From assembly GCA_004431415.1 (NCBI GenBank), contig QPMI01000489.1, forward strand, positions 1 to 64,000: a stretch of 64,000 bases of DNA. Reading direction: 5' to 3'. The DNA comes from Cyanophora paradoxa CCMP329. Lineage: Eukaryota > Plantae > Glaucophyta. The position numbers and the translations under genes are program-made. Shown here one piece after another: positions 61,035 to 64,000 of the stretch (within the stretch, counting starts at the first letter, position 1; every line of letters begins with the position of its first letter). The notes under the pieces were generated by a model, which saw nothing but the letters and a program-made list of their open reading frames with translations, ran no database searches and was not told where the DNA came from.

Positions 61035-64000
61035 GCTGGAGGTGCAGCGGCACATCACGGTGGCGCAGCCGCTGGTCAAGGTCGTCCCGCCGACTGCCCT
61101 CGCCCCCGTAGACCTCATCCGCATGTTCCAGGGCTTCCAGGTCCGTCGAGTTGACCGATCTAATCCCCGTCAGCCAATGGGTCGGTTTGATAATATAAGC
61201 CAATTTAGATTAGACGAGATTCGGGGCTCCTCTAGACGACGCCTTTCAAGGCTTTGGATGCTTGAGACGGCTCTTGCTTGTCCCCAGTTTCATCGAGAGC
61301 CCGGCTTCTTAAGACGGCCTTGGTCTAGTGTGGGGCATGCCTAACCAACGCGCCCGCCGTCTTAAGACGGCCTTGTTAAGACGGCCTTGGTCTAGTGTGG
61401 CTCGTCTAACCAACGCACGCGCCCCTCGCCTCGCCTCGCCCCACCAACGTGGTCGAACAAACTCCGAGACTCTTTCCCACCGACGCACGCGCCCGCCCCT
61501 CGCCTCGCCCTCAGATCACGATGGCGCTGCACGCGGCGCTGGAGCTCGGCCTCTTCGACCACCTCGCCCGCGCCGGCCGCGCCTCCTGCGACGCCCTCGC
61601 AGAGGCCGTCAACTGCAGGTCCGCCCGCAGCATAGCATCGGGGAGGGGAGGGAGGGAGGATGGCGAGCTAGCTGGGTAGCTGGGCAGCTGGGTGGCTGGG
61701 CCGGCCCAGCCCAGCGTCGCGCTAAGGGCTCCTGTACAAGCGCTGAAAGCTCTGGACGCGCCTCACCTCCTTCGCCCCGCGGCGCAGCGAGCGGGGTACG
61801 CGGATCCTGGCGGACGCGCTGGTGGCGGCCGGCCTCCTGGAGCTCATCGACGGCGACTACACAAACTCCGAGGTCCGCCCGCCCCTTAAAGAGGGCTTTC
61901 TAGGGCTTCTGGGGCTTTCTAGGAAGGTCCGCGGGGGAGGCTGTGGGGGCGAGGGGCGGCGCGAGACGTAGGATGGGGGGACTGGCGCCGGCGTCTCTGT
62001 TTCAGCAAGTGGCGGCTTCTTGGGGCTTCTAGGGCCACTCCGAGGTCCTTGGTCCGCGGGGAGAAGGCTGCGGGGTCGAGGGGCGAGCGGCTTTATGGGG
62101 CTCCAGAGTGCGAGGCAAAGTCGAGGAAGAGCCCGAGAGGGAAGGAAAGAAGAAGAAGACGAAGTTAACTAAGCAAGCTTACTAACTGACTAGCTAGCTA
62201 GCTAACTGCTTAGCTAGCTAACTAACTGATTAGCTAGCTAACTAACTGATTAGCTAGCTAACTAACCAACTAGCGCACTAACTGGACGATTCCGGGGTCT
62301 TCGCGCCGGCTCACCCCGCCCGCCCCCCCGCCCGCCCGCGCAGGTGGCGGCGACGCACCTCGTCCGCGGCCTCGCCAACTACATCGGCGACGTGCGCCGC
62401 TACCCCCCTGCCCGCCCCGATCCCACTACCCCTCCTCCCTGCCCCCCTCCCCCCCCCCCCCCCCCCTGCACCCGAGCGCCCTTCCTTCTCCGCCCTCTTC
62501 TCCCTCTCCTCCCTTCCTTCACCCTCTACCCCCTCCCTGAGCCCTGTACCCCCGGCAGGTGCGGAACTACCTCGTGAACGACTTCATGTGGGACGCCATC
62601 CGCCGCCTTCCCGAGGCCGTCCGCGACGGCGGGCCCAAGGTCAGATCAGATCGGATCCGATCAGATCAGATCAGATTTGATCTGAGCCCATCTGAGATTC
62701 GATCCGATCTGATCTGATTTGATCCGAGCAGAGGCCTGCGGAGGCGGAGGCGGAGGGGGGCCCCGGCGTCGCCCTCTCCCACATGCAGCAGGCCCGCCCT
62801 GTACCCCCCTCTCCTCTCCCCCCCTCTCCCGCTTCCTTCTCTCTTGTTCTTCTTTCTTTCGATGCGCTGAGGCCTTTTTGCGAACGCTCGCAGCATTGGG
62901 AGAACGTGGCCCGCTACAATACCGTTCAGTCGGCGAGGTACCCCTCCCGCCCTCTTTCCCCCCCCCCCCTTCCTGAGCCTCTCTCGCCTCGTTCGCAGCG
63001 TCGGGCAACAGGTTACGTCCCTGCTCGCCCCCTGGGCCGGTGCGCGTTCTGTACCCCTCCACTCGTCCCCTCCCACTTACCCTCCTGCACCCCCAGCGAG
63101 GCACAAGCCGCTGCACGTGCTGGACGTCGGCTGCGGCGCCGGTTTCCTGGGTACGAAAGTCGTACCCCCCAGATCCTTCTTATCCAGTTTCTTCGTCTCA
63201 CGCCTTCTAATTTCCCTTCCGCGCAGGCTTCAGCGTGCTACAGAGGCACGCCCACGCGCGCCTGTGGAGCCTGGACTGGCCCTCGATCATCTCGATCGCC
63301 CGCGGCTACGGTACCCCCCTTCTCTCCCCTCCCCTCCCCTCTCTTTCGCTTACCTTCTTCTTTCGTTCGCCTCAGCCGAGCAGCTTCAGCTGAGCGAGCG
63401 CGTGACGTTCATCGAGGGCGACCTATTCCTTACCCCCCTCGGCGGGCCCTACGACCTCATCGTCCTCGGCCAGGTCCGTACGCCCCTCCGCCACTCGGAT
63501 TGCGTACCCCCCCCCCTCCCGAGCTTATTCCCCTCTTTTTCGGCGCAGGTCCTGCACCAGCTTTCGGAGGAGCAGTGCAACCTTTTCCTGCGGCGAATCC
63601 TGACGGTCCTCAAGCCCTCCGGACGCGTCGTCATTCACGAAACTGTCTCGTGCGCCGTACCCCTCCCTCCCTTTCTCCCCCGCCCCGATCCCCCCGGGGG
63701 GGTACACGGGCGAGCGTCCGAGCGCGGTGGGCGGGGGTACAGGGGCCTCGACGACGGCTCCTCCTCCATCCACCCCTCCCTCTTCTCCCTCTCCATGCTC
63801 GTCCAGGTCCGCGTACCTTCCAAAAACCTCGCCTACCCCCCTTTGACCCCTCTACCCCCCAAAAGGCACCCGAGGGCGAGGCGTACCCCCTGTCCTGGTA
63901 CCAGCGGGTCCTCTCGGACGCGGGCTTCGCCCCCCCCTCCCTGCACCACCTCCAGGTCCGTCTTCTCTCCCCCCCTCCCTCCGGCTTCTGTACCCCCTCA
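61035..64000 (+). CDS. O-methyltransferase (dimerisation + Methyltransf_2 type), probably the C-terminal domain of the peptidase gene; runs off window
   Basis: LIRMFQGFQ|ITMALHAALELGLFDHL; RILADALVAAGLL..YTNSE; VLDVGCGAG; LDWPSII; RVTFIEGDLF..YDLIVLGQ|VLHQLS..LKPSGRVVIHE; GEAYPLSWYQRVLSDAGF. Confidence 0.88.
62164..62283. repeat. Intronic (AACT/AGCT)n simple repeat with ~20-bp period
   Basis: TAGCTAGCTAACTAACTGAT repeated. (GATCA/GATCT/GATCC)n tracts also occur at ~57740-57770, 58125-58180 and 62640-62725. Confidence 0.9.

Noticed and set aside
52162-64000. Bacterial operon or recent horizontal transfer (YeeE, OpdB, O-methyltransferase)
   Set aside because: The genes are densely interrupted by host-type introns, and both YeeE/YedE fusions and OpdB are known in eukaryotes.

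Overview
Eukaryotic nuclear DNA with many short spliceosomal introns (GT-AG and frequent GC-AG). The MAAFV- transit peptide on a fibrillin and the very GC-rich, intron-dense genes suggest a glaucophyte such as Cyanophora (inference). There are three zones. (1) 1-17151 is visibly less GC-rich and reads as a large, partly decayed CACTA/EnSpm (CMC) DNA transposon. It has a CACTG-type terminus with TTTACC subterminal repeats at 16938-17151, a minus-strand transposase (4558-9627), an internal 101-bp tandem array and orphan genes. At its left side are coding remnants of a DOT1-like methyltransferase and an AWS-SET-postSET methyltransferase. (2) 17152-45420 holds palindrome-rich non-coding DNA, then a tandem triplication of a TPR-MYND module; the third copy is the 3' half of a roughly 10.7-kb TPR-Sel1-TPR-MYND gene. 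Three different non-LTR-type retro-insertions are present, two proven by filled versus empty paralogous sites. (3) 45533-64000 holds host genes: a plastid PAP/fibrillin, an unknown protein, DUF1475, a fused YeeE/YedE sulfur-compound transporter, and an oligopeptidase B (S9A) that appears spliced in frame to an O-methyltransferase. The two strongest leads are the histone-methyltransferase-carrying CACTA element and the peptidase-methyltransferase fusion. All exon models were spliced by eye and all family calls come from motif recognition, not database searches.
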